Assembly: GCA_017623705.1 (NCBI GenBank)
Contig: JAGAOQ010000018.1
Coordinates: forward strand, 949 to 64,948
From: Clostridia bacterium
Lineage (GTDB): Bacteria > Bacillota > Clostridia > Christensenellales > UBA1242
Direction of reading: 5' to 3'
Length of the DNA: 64,000 bases
Position 1 is the stretch's first letter. Every line of letters begins with the position of its first letter. Positions 26,951-35,700 of this stretch are shown piece by piece. A model generated the notes under the pieces. That model was not told the DNA's origin. It was given only the letters and a program-made list of their open reading frames with translations, and did no database searches. The translations under genes were made by a program, and so were the position numbers.

Positions 26951-28870
26951 TTACGCATTTTTACTGCGGTTGAGAATGTATTGATCTGAACCATCGGACA
27001 TATAAATATTTTCGCCGTCCGTCCAAATATGTTCAGCATAAAAACCAGAATCCGAAGTAACCCACTTCTTATCCAACCAAGTATTTGTTGTTTGATCCAA
27101 AACATAATGCTCATTATAATTTGAATAGTAAGTATTTGTACCATCGGTCCAAATATATCGACTATCAAAGCTGGTTAAACCAGTCCATGTGATTTTTTCC
27201 CAAGTGTTATCTGCACCTAAAACATATTGTGTACTATAATCTGAATAATAAGTATTTTCGCCGTCTGTCCAAATATATTGACCATATACTAGAACAAAAT
27301 CACCCTGCCATACGACATCTTCCCATTCCATGGTTGCTTTGTTTAATTTATATTGCGTATAATCACCAGAAGAATAATAGGTATCTTGTCCGTCCGTCCA
27401 AATTTCACTCGCAGTAATAGTTTTATTCCATTCAACCGCTTCCCATGTTTTGGTTGCTTTGTTCAATTTATATGAACCAGAATATTCAAGATAAGTTTCA
27501 ACACCATCAGTCCAAATATATTGACCAGAAAATTCTATTGCATTACCACTTAATCCCTGCCAAGTAATTGGTTCCCATGTACGAGTATTTGACGCTAAAA
27601 CAAAATGCTTACCCGACTCAGAATAGTATGTATTTATACCATCGGTCCAAATATTATTTTCTGCTCTAAAATTTCCTTTTAGCCCTTTCAGCACCGCAGG
27701 AACCCAGTTTTTGATAGTTTTATCAAAAGTAAAATGCATATTATTATAGTAAAAATATTGTTTTCCATTATGCGTCCAGATATTAACACCCCATGCAGGT
27801 ATCCGCTTTTGATTGTATTCAAATTGAATACTTGACCATTTTTTATTCGCTTTGTCTAAAATATAATTATCATTATTACTACAAAAATAAATATCATTGC
27901 CGTCCGTCCAAGTATACCTACCACTAAAACTGGTTAAACCCGTCCACGTTACCGTTTCCCATGTGTTATTTTCAACCAAAACATATTGTGTGCTACTAGT
28001 CGAATAATAAGTATCTTCGCCGTCCGTCCAAATATATTGACCATTAAAGCTGGTTAAACCTGTCCATGTGATTTTTTCCCAAGTTTCATCTGCACCTAAG
28101 ACATATTGTGTACTATAATTTGAATAATAAGTATTTTCGCCATCCGTCCAAATATATTGACCATCAAAGCTGGTTAAACCATTCCATGCAATTTTTTCCC
28201 AAGTGTTATCTGCACCTAAAACGTATTGATTACTGTTATATGAATAATAAATTTTTTCGCCGTCCGTCCAAACATATTGACCATCAAAGCTGGTCAAACC
28301 ATTCCACGTAATTTTTTCCCAAGTTTCATCTGCACCTAAGACATATTGTGTACTATAATTTGAATAATAAGTATTTTCGCCGTCCGTCCAAACATACATA
28401 CCATCAAGATTTTCACACAAACCACCCCATGAAGCTACGGTAAACCAGTCTTTTTCCACCATGTTGGCCACAAATTTGGTATTTTCTTTAATCGTGGTAC
28501 TGTCTGTCATTTTTTCGCCAACACCGTCAATTTGCCAGCCGTCGAAAGCATGTGTGTCGGTGTCAGGTGCGGTTGGCAAATAAATACTGTTACCTTTTTT
28601 GGTAACGTCGATTTTCCAAATTTTACCGTCGACTTCGTAAGACACAACCGCCGACGCAGGGTCCATGTTAATCGTGTTTTGTAAATCACTTACCGCATCG
28701 TTCAATTTTTCGTTTTCTTGCGTTAAGTCTTGGTTGTCTTGTGTTAAGTCTTGATTGTCGTGGTCTAAGGTTACGTTCGACAAACCGAAACTAACCGCAA
28801 GCAATGTCGAGATTGACGAAATACAAATCGCCAAGAACATTAAAATGATACGGAAAATTTTATTATTCAT
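26951..28870 (-). CDS. Surface protein: N-terminal signal/anchor, Listeria-Bacteroides-type repeat, then 12 propeller-like repeats (IWTDG..YYS)
   Basis: The start is placed at MNNKIFRIILMFLAICISS (28870; AAGGAG SD). The segment AFDGWQIDG..TKFVA matches an InlB-B/Flg_new-like repeat. Twelve WTDG/WTHNG units follow, spaced about 40-46 aa apart. Confidence 0.8.
   Translation of the reverse strand: MNNKIFRIILMFLAICISSISTLLAVSFGLSNVTLDHDNQDLTQDNQDLTQENEKLNDAVSDLQNTINMDPASAVVSYEVDGKIWKIDVTKKGNSIYLPTAPDTDTHAFDGWQIDGVGEKMTDSTTIKENTKFVANMVEKDWFTVASWGGLCENLDGMYVWTDGENTYYSNYSTQYVLGADETWEKITWNGLTSFDGQYVWTDGEKIYYSYNSNQYVLGADNTWEKIAWNGLTSFDGQYIWTDGENTYYSNYSTQYVLGADETWEKITWTGLTSFNGQYIWTDGEDTYYSTSSTQYVLVENNTWETVTWTGLTSFSGRYTWTDGNDIYFCSNNDNYILDKANKKWSSIQFEYNQKRIPAWGVNIWTHNGKQYFYYNNMHFTFDKTIKNWVPAVLKGLKGNFRAENNIWTDGINTYYSESGKHFVLASNTRTWEPITWQGLSGNAIEFSGQYIWTDGVETYLEYSGSYKLNKATKTWEAVEWNKTITASEIWTDGQDTYYSSGDYTQYKLNKATMEWEDVVWQGDFVLVYGQYIWTDGENTYYSDYSTQYVLGADNTWEKITWTGLTSFDSRYIWTDGTNTYYSNYNEHYVLDQTTNTWLDKKWVTSDSGFYAEHIWTDGENIYMSDGSDQYILNRSKNA
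27901..28400 (-). repeat. Tandem 120-nt (40-aa) coding repeats, partly identical
   Basis: Units begin at 27901, 28021, 28141 and 28261, with a partial unit at 28381. About 60 nt at 28081-28140 is repeated exactly at 28321-28380. A related copy lies at about 27140-27280. Confidence 0.8.
28718..28759 (-). repeat. Two tandem 21-nt units encoding DNQDLTQ-DNQDLTQ
   Basis: ttgcgttaagtcttggttgtc (28718-28738) and ttgtgttaagtcttgattgtc (28739-28759), with 2 mismatches. Confidence 0.75.
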
Positions 28871-28929
28871 TTGTTTTTCTCCTTTTTCGCATAATTCCAC
28901 AGTTAGTATGTGGAACTACTACTAAACGT

Positions 28930-28956
28930 ATAATAGAAAAAAAAAAAAAAAATCAA
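28930..28956 (-). promoter_or_regulatory. Candidate promoter whose spacer is a 16-nt homopolymer (T16 on the coding strand)
   Basis: On the minus strand: TTGATT (28956-28951), then the remaining T run plus C (15-nt spacer), then TATTAT (28935-28930). The A16 run on the plus strand spans 28937-28952. Confidence 0.45.
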
Positions 28957-28958
28957 CT

Positions 28959-29004
28959 AAAAAAAAGTCCGCCGACGATTTTGACGTCATTTGGCGGACT
29001 TTTG
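28959..29004 (-). terminator. Rho-independent terminator after the NfeD-SPFH operon
   Basis: On the minus strand: stem AGTCCGCC (29000-28993) paired with GGCGGACT (28973-28966), followed by T8 (28966-28959). Confidence 0.75.
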
Positions 29005-29028
29005 TACCCAATTTTTACGGGAATAGGT

Positions 29029-29940
29029 TTATTTTTGTTTGGTTTTCGTGGCTTTCTTATCGGCGGTCGAATTATTTTGCCCCAAAGTTTCTTTAATCGT
29101 GGTAAACAATGTCGCCACATTTGCTAAATCGTTCGGCACAATAATTTTAGTTGCTTCGCCGTTTGCCATCACTTTCAAAGCTTCGTAACCTTGTAAAGTC
29201 AAATATGATGCGTCGGGTTTGGCTTCCATAATCTTTTCAATCGCACATTTTTGTCCTTCGGCTTCGGTCAACAACGCAATCTTACGAGCTTCTGCCCTTA
29301 AAATTTCGGCTTCCTTTTCGCCTTCGGCAACCAAAATCTTACTACGCTTTTCACCCTCTGCCAACAAAATGTTTTCACGACGTTCACGTTCCGCACGCAT
29401 TTGCTTTTCCATGCTTTCTTGAATTGCTGCCGGTGGCAAAATGTTTTTCAATTCAACACGGTTAACTTTAATGCCCCACGGGTCAGTTGCCGTATCAATA
29501 ATTTCACGCATCTTCGTATTAACCGTATCACGACTGCTTAAAGTTTCGTCTAATTCCAATTCACCCACAATGTTACGCAATGTCGTAGCGGTCAAATTCT
29601 CAATCGCCGACATCGGTCGTTCGATACCATAACTGTACAATTTCGGGTCAACAATTTGAAAGAAAACTACGCTGTCAATTTGCATCGTTACGTTGTCTTT
29701 GGTAATCACTGGTTGTGGTTTGAAATCAGCAACTTGTTCTTTCAAACTTATCATCGGCAAAGCACGGTCGATGAACGGCACGATAAATCGCAAACCCGTT
29801 CCCAACGTGCGGTGATACTTTCCTAAACGTTCCACAATGACCGCTGTTCCCTGCTTGACAATGCGAATTGATAAAGCAAAAATTACCAATAACGCTGCTC
29901 CAATAACAATAATCGCTATTAACCAAGGTTCTAATTCCAT
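29029..29940 (-). CDS. SPFH/band-7 (stomatin/QmcA-like) protein
   Basis: N-terminal TM segment, then IVKQGTAVIVERLGKYHRT..FIVPFID and a coiled-coil AE-rich segment. Confidence 0.9.
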   Translation of the reverse strand: MELEPWLIAIIVIGAALLVIFALSIRIVKQGTAVIVERLGKYHRTLGTGLRFIVPFIDRALPMISLKEQVADFKPQPVITKDNVTMQIDSVVFFQIVDPKLYSYGIERPMSAIENLTATTLRNIVGELELDETLSSRDTVNTKMREIIDTATDPWGIKVNRVELKNILPPAAIQESMEKQMRAERERRENILLAEGEKRSKILVAEGEKEAEILRAEARKIALLTEAEGQKCAIEKIMEAKPDASYLTLQGYEALKVMANGEATKIIVPNDLANVATLFTTIKETLGQNNSTADKKATKTKQK

Positions 29941-29943
29941 TTT

Positions 29944-30390
29944 TTATGCTCCTTTTTTCTTTTCCGCAACGACGGCTTTAACCACCATTTTGTTGCCTTC
30001 AACGCTTTCAATCGTAACTTCGGCGTCTTTTAACAATGCTTCTTCACACAAAGCTGTCCAAACGACGTCATTGATTTTAACCGAAGTTTTACCGTCAACG
30101 ACGTCCGCCAACAAACGCACTTTCTTACCAAAATACTGGTCGAGATTTGTCGGGACAGTCGGTTTATGCAAAAACTTCTTAACCAAAGGTCGTGTTGCAC
30201 AAATTGCGATAATCGAAACCACAAAGAACACCAAAACTTGCCAAATCAAATCGACACCGCACGCCGCCAAAATCAAGCAGACAATTCCGCTAAACGAAAA
30301 GCAACATGACAAGAAATCGACCGTGAAAAACTCTAATAACAAAGTTGTGGCAATTACAACCGACCAAATGATAATCATTGTTGTTGTCAT
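29944..30390 (-). CDS. NfeD family membrane protein
   Basis: 3 TM segments plus a C-terminal OB-like soluble domain. Lies directly upstream of the SPFH gene, the classic NfeD-SPFH pairing. Confidence 0.8.
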   Translation of the reverse strand: MTTTMIIIWSVVIATTLLLEFFTVDFLSCCFSFSGIVCLILAACGVDLIWQVLVFFVVSIIAICATRPLVKKFLHKPTVPTNLDQYFGKKVRLLADVVDGKTSVKINDVVWTALCEEALLKDAEVTIESVEGNKMVVKAVVAEKKKGA

Positions 30391-30409
30391 ACTTTATCTT
30401 ATCAATTTT

Positions 30410-32362
30410 TTAATGCTTATGTCCACTTTTTTTTTGCTGTAAAGCGTTTATCCGTTCTCGGTATTGAATTGCTAACTCAAAGTTCAAATTTTCGCTGGCG
30501 GTATTCATCAACGCCGTTAACTGCTCGACGGTCAAGTCTTCTTCCGCCTGTTTGCTCTGTTCTTTTTTCGTGATATAAAGCGAATTTTTAATCGAACTAT
30601 AAACGGTTTTTGGCACGATATGATGTTCTGCGTTGTACGCCATTTGAATTTGACGGCGACGTGCCGTTTCGTCCATCGCCGACTTCATGCTCGGCGTAAT
30701 CTTATTGGCGTACAAAATTACCCGTGCTTTGGCGTTACGAGCTGCCCGTCCGATTGTTTGAATCAAAGCTCGGGTTGAACGGAACAATCCTTCTTTATCC
30801 GCATCTAAAATTGCCACCAGTTCAACTTCGGGCAAATCCAAACCTTCACGCAACAAGTTAATCCCCACAATCACATCAAACTGGTCTTGACGGAACGCTG
30901 TTAAAATTTCGGTACGTTCCAACGTGTCAATTTCGCTATGCAAGTAACGCACCCGCACTTGATTTTCGGTTAAGAACGCAGTTAAATCTTCCGCCATTTT
31001 TTTGGTTAATGTCGTTACCAGAATTTTACCTTTATTTTGAGCTACTGCTCGAATTTCGTTCAACACATCACTAACTTGGTGATCTTTTTCACGCACAATC
31101 ACAACCGGATCTAACAAGCCCGTTGGACGAATAATTTGTTCCACCACGTTCTCGCCCGCCAGTTCGAGTTCGTAACTTTCGGGTGTCGCCGAAACATAAA
31201 TACACTGCCCTAAACGTTGGTTAAATTCTTGGAAGTTCAACGGGCGGTTATCGTAAGCCGACGGCAAACGGAAACCGAAATCGACCAACACTTTTTTGCG
31301 AGCACGGTCGCCGTTATACATACCACGAATTTGAGGCACGGTAATGTGCGACTCGTCGATGAAAACAAGATAGTCATCAGGGAAATATGACATCAAAGTA
31401 TACGGCGGTTCACCCGGCTGTCGTCCGTCGAAATAACGAGAATAATTTTCAATGCCTTTCACAAAGCCCAATTCCGCTAACATTTCTAAATCGTAATTTG
31501 TTCGTTGCGTAATGCGATGACTTTCGACCACCATATTGTTGTCATCAAAGAACTTTTTTTGAATCGCCAAATCAGCACGGATATTTTCGATTGCTTTTTG
31601 CAAACGTTCCGAACCGACTGCAAAGTGCGACGCTGGATAAATCGCAATATGTGCCAGCGAAGAAATTTTATTTCCCGTCAAAGCATCAACTTCAAAAATG
31701 CCTTCGATTTCGTCGCCCCAAAATTGCACCCGCACGGCAACATTCGACGCATACGACGGGATAATATCAACCACATCACCATGAGCTCGGAAACTGCCCC
31801 GCACAAAATCGACATCAGCACGTTTGTATTGATTATCCACCAAACGACGCACCAAATCTCGACGGTTCAGTTCCATGCCCGGACGCAAAGAAATTCCCAT
31901 TTTGAAATACTCTTGCGGTTCGCCCAAACCATATATACATGATACCGAAGCTACCACAATCGTATCGTTACGTTCACACAAAGACGAAGTCGCTGCATGT
32001 CGCAGCTTATCAATTTCGTCATTGATTGCCATGTCTTTTTCGATATACGTATCCGTTGCCGGCAAATAAGCTTCGGGCTGGTAATAATCATAATAGCTAA
32101 CAAAATACTCAACACGGTTTTGCGGGAAAAACTCACGGAACTCGTTGCAAAGTTGTGCCGCCAAAGTCTTGTTATGAGCAATCACCAAAGTCGGTTTATT
32201 AACGTTTTTAATGACGTTTGCCATCGTAAACGTTTTACCACTACCCGTAACCCCGAGTAAGACTTGATGTTGCAAACCATTTTTAATGCCTTGTGTCAAC
32301 TTTTCAATCGCTTGCGGTTGATCACCCGTCGGTTGGTATTTAGCAACTAATTTGAAATCCAT
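30410..32362 (-). CDS. uvrB: Excinuclease ABC subunit B
   Basis: YQPTGDQPQAI, GVTGSGKTFTMA and the C-terminal UVR domain. Confidence 0.97.
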   Translation of the reverse strand: MDFKLVAKYQPTGDQPQAIEKLTQGIKNGLQHQVLLGVTGSGKTFTMANVIKNVNKPTLVIAHNKTLAAQLCNEFREFFPQNRVEYFVSYYDYYQPEAYLPATDTYIEKDMAINDEIDKLRHAATSSLCERNDTIVVASVSCIYGLGEPQEYFKMGISLRPGMELNRRDLVRRLVDNQYKRADVDFVRGSFRAHGDVVDIIPSYASNVAVRVQFWGDEIEGIFEVDALTGNKISSLAHIAIYPASHFAVGSERLQKAIENIRADLAIQKKFFDDNNMVVESHRITQRTNYDLEMLAELGFVKGIENYSRYFDGRQPGEPPYTLMSYFPDDYLVFIDESHITVPQIRGMYNGDRARKKVLVDFGFRLPSAYDNRPLNFQEFNQRLGQCIYVSATPESYELELAGENVVEQIIRPTGLLDPVVIVREKDHQVSDVLNEIRAVAQNKGKILVTTLTKKMAEDLTAFLTENQVRVRYLHSEIDTLERTEILTAFRQDQFDVIVGINLLREGLDLPEVELVAILDADKEGLFRSTRALIQTIGRAARNAKARVILYANKITPSMKSAMDETARRRQIQMAYNAEHHIVPKTVYSSIKNSLYITKKEQSKQAEEDLTVEQLTALMNTASENLNFELAIQYRERINALQQKKSGHKH

Positions 32363-32365
32363 ATT

Positions 32366-32740
32366 TTATTTTCCGGTAATTTTATTCAATAAGATACCGA
32401 TGACGAAAGCTAAAACTGCACCACCAACAGTCAATGCCAACTTCCACATCAGTGATTTCATCATTTGACGTTTTTGAGATTGACGTTCACGGTCAAAAGC
32501 TGCACCACGCATTGTTAATGAAACTAAGAAATAAATTTTACCTTCTTTATCTTTTTTTTCACATTCAATGTAATCGTCCAAAGCTAAATTGCTCATTACG
32601 ACATCAAGTTGTTTAGCCGTAATTTCAATTTTTGGCATCAAGCACGCAAGCAATTCCTTAGGGGTGAAAATACCTTTATTCTCACCCTTGCACTTTTCAA
32701 AGATGTAGGACATGACGCAACTTTCAGTCTTATTTAGCAT
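32366..32740 (-). CDS. Small protein with a winged-helix-like N-terminal part and a C-terminal TM anchor
   Basis: 124 aa. Overlaps the 3' end of the 1471-aa gene by 11 nt. The final hydrophobic segment is LALTVGGAVLAFVIGILL. No family recognised. Confidence 0.5.
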   Translation of the reverse strand: MLNKTESCVMSYIFEKCKGENKGIFTPKELLACLMPKIEITAKQLDVVMSNLALDDYIECEKKDKEGKIYFLVSLTMRGAAFDRERQSQKRQMMKSLMWKLALTVGGAVLAFVIGILLNKITGK

Positions 32741-35700
32741 CTTTTTCAGCTTCCTCTTTTTTTACTTCATCTTTTTTTTGTTCGTCTTTTTTTGGTTCTT
32801 CGTTTGCTTTTGGAGCTTTGATTTTATTTTTCGCCATACGAGGAGCATCAACGAAACGTGTTGCACGAGCAGTTTTAACGAAGTAGTAAATGACACCTGC
32901 TAACAAACCAACTGACAAGACAATTAAGATAATACCCCAAACGTTGTTCAAGTTAGTTTTCTTGTTTGTAACATCAACGTCGATTGTGAATTCGATTGAA
33001 GCTGAAACACTAGAAGCGGTGTATTTATTTGGCATCGAGATATTAACTTTGTAAGTACCACTGCCTTTGCTCAAATCGAATTTGTACATGAATTTACCAT
33101 CTTCGGTAATTTTGATTGCTGTGGTTTCGTCTTCCGTATCTTTCCAATCGCTGTAATCAATGAAAGCACCACCTTCGAAGCTAACTGTAACTTTAACATT
33201 TTCCATGTAGTAAGCTTCGGCTAATTTTGCTTGGTCGTAACCATCATTGTTATTTTCTGGATTTGGACCTTGGGCAATTAAGTCTTCCATGTCAGCGTTA
33301 CCGGTAAAGTAAACTTTTGACATATCGATTGTTACATAACGATGACCATCAATTTCTTCGATTACAACTTCACTAGCATTGTCGTTAGAAATTTCTTGTT
33401 TACCTTCACCATCGTCATTATCGTAAGTTAAGAAACCTTCGTTCCATGATAATGAACCGTTTTGAACGTTACCAAAAGTAACATTGAAGCTCAAACTGGT
33501 ATCGTTAGTTTTGTAAGCTACGGTATAAACACCGGCTGCCCCACTTTGACTGGTTGTTGCTTTCAAGTAGGTATCTGCATCATAATTATCTTTACAATCC
33601 GCAGCGAATTTTCCTTCAGGACGGAATACATAGTAATCGCCAATTTTGTCAATCACACTTGCTTTATTGGCACTGCCACCAGCATTCTTTTTCTTGTTAG
33701 AAACTAAGTAACTGCTGTTACCGCTCTTTTGAACTGTAATTTCAACATCGTCAGAGCTGGTTGCTTCGCCAACCATGTTTGGCAATGGAATAGCAATCGC
33801 TGGATACATATAACCAGTAATCGCACCATCTTTATAGATTGGTTCTAAGTAATCGAACAATGATGCACTGTCAACAACGAAATCAGTTGCTGCCCCGTAG
33901 TTTGACATAGTGAATTGATTTAAGGTAATGGCAAAAGCTGGTTTCTTGTCAGTACCTGTATCGCCTGTACCAACGTCGTAAGTTGTACCACTGGTACCAC
34001 CGATAGTTGCTTGTTCGCCAGTGCCAGTAAATGTTACGCCTGCGTTCCACAATACTTTTTCAACACCATAGTCTTCACCCATGCGAATGTTGGCATCGGC
34101 ACTGCTGTCGCCGTTGACTTGAACAACATAGTTAACAGTTTTAATTGAATCTTCGCTAGCACCTAAATAGAAGTTATATTGGAAAACGTATTGACCATTT
34201 TGGTTTGGTGCAAATTTATTACCGATAATACAGTTAGCATCGTTAACATTCAAAACAGTAATTGTGTAGTTACCTGATGCGGTATCGGCAATATCGCCAT
34301 TGCTGTCATATAAGAAAAGTTGACGATTTTTTGCAAAATATTTGTCTGAACCTTTGTTAACAATCCAGTTTGGTAAAACCAAAGATTCGCCAATGCTGAT
34401 TGTTTTGTCAACGGTATAATCCGAAGTAGCCATTGGGTTTAAGCTCAATGGAGATACTTCAACGTCGGTATCATTAGAATCAATGGTAATTTCACGAACC
34501 AAAGTATTTGATTTGTTGCTTGCGTGATTTTTGGCAGTTACAACTAAAATGTATTTACCATTGGTTGGTGTAAATGATAAATTTTTCAAAGTGTATAATG
34601 CACGGTTGAAAGAAACTGAACTAACAACTTCATCATCACTATTCACAACGTTAACTGGAACTAAAACGTTATCCGCATTAACTTTGTAAACAGCAACACT
34701 CATTTGACCGTCAACAGGATTTGCACCCCAGTCAGCAGTAATAGTATCAATGATAACTTCTTGACCTGCTTTGTATTGGTTGCCAGTGTTGAATTCCGAC
34801 GTAATATCTGCAACGGCACTGGTTGTATCGACCGTATTGATGTTGAATTCGGCACGTTTCCATGCGTAACCGTATTGAGCTAATTCGTCTTTATCGTTGT
34901 GTGCACCAGTAAATAATTGAGTTTTGAAAACTGCATCAGTTGCTTCCATATCAGGTGTAGTAACATTCATTTTAGCTTTCAAATTTGATTGCATTGCGTT
35001 GAAGTTACGAGCCACAGCATAGATATAGAATTTTGAATAGCCACCATTGGTAATGTCAGCCAATGCTAATTTAGTTTCGGTGTTTTCGTCTTTAACGTCG
35101 TCGTAAGTATACAAGTTTTCCAAATCAACGTTAACACGTAAAGCATTTGAACTTGCATCTAATTTTGACAAGATGTCATAGCTGGTACCTTTGTAACCAA
35201 CGAAATAGTAATCAGTTTGAATTGCATCGTTTGGTGTGTGAGCATCGCTGAAAGTTGGTTTTTTGAATTCAAAGTTGTTGCCTTCCCATAAATAAACATC
35301 ACTAACTTGGAAAACGTTGTTTTCGTCAATAACTGGTGAGTTACTATCGTTGGCACTGGTTTCGCATTCAAATTTGTCGTCAACATAGAAATACATGTAT
35401 TTAGTTTTTTGGTTAGCATACCCTGCACTGTATTTTTCGCCGTCCGCATAAGTTGGTTGTTTTTCTTCAACCGTGATACGTACACGGTATAAACCTGGGT
35501 GATTAACAAGCACAACATTGTTGTTGCCATTGGTACGGCTTACACCTTCGTCAACGAAAGAAATTTGCAAACGTTTTGACATATCGTAAACGAAATATTT
35601 ACTATTGTCGCCGTTGTCTTTTTCAGTACTCCAAACATAGTTATCGCTAACGGTATCACCATTTTGGTCTTGAATTTGGTCGATGTTAACCGCAGTAACT

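Noticed and set aside
27901-28400. Regularly spaced direct repeats that could be mistaken for a CRISPR array.
   Set aside because: The period is 120 nt with no unique spacers, and the repeats lie in frame inside a long ORF encoding 40-aa protein repeats. There are no cas genes in the window.
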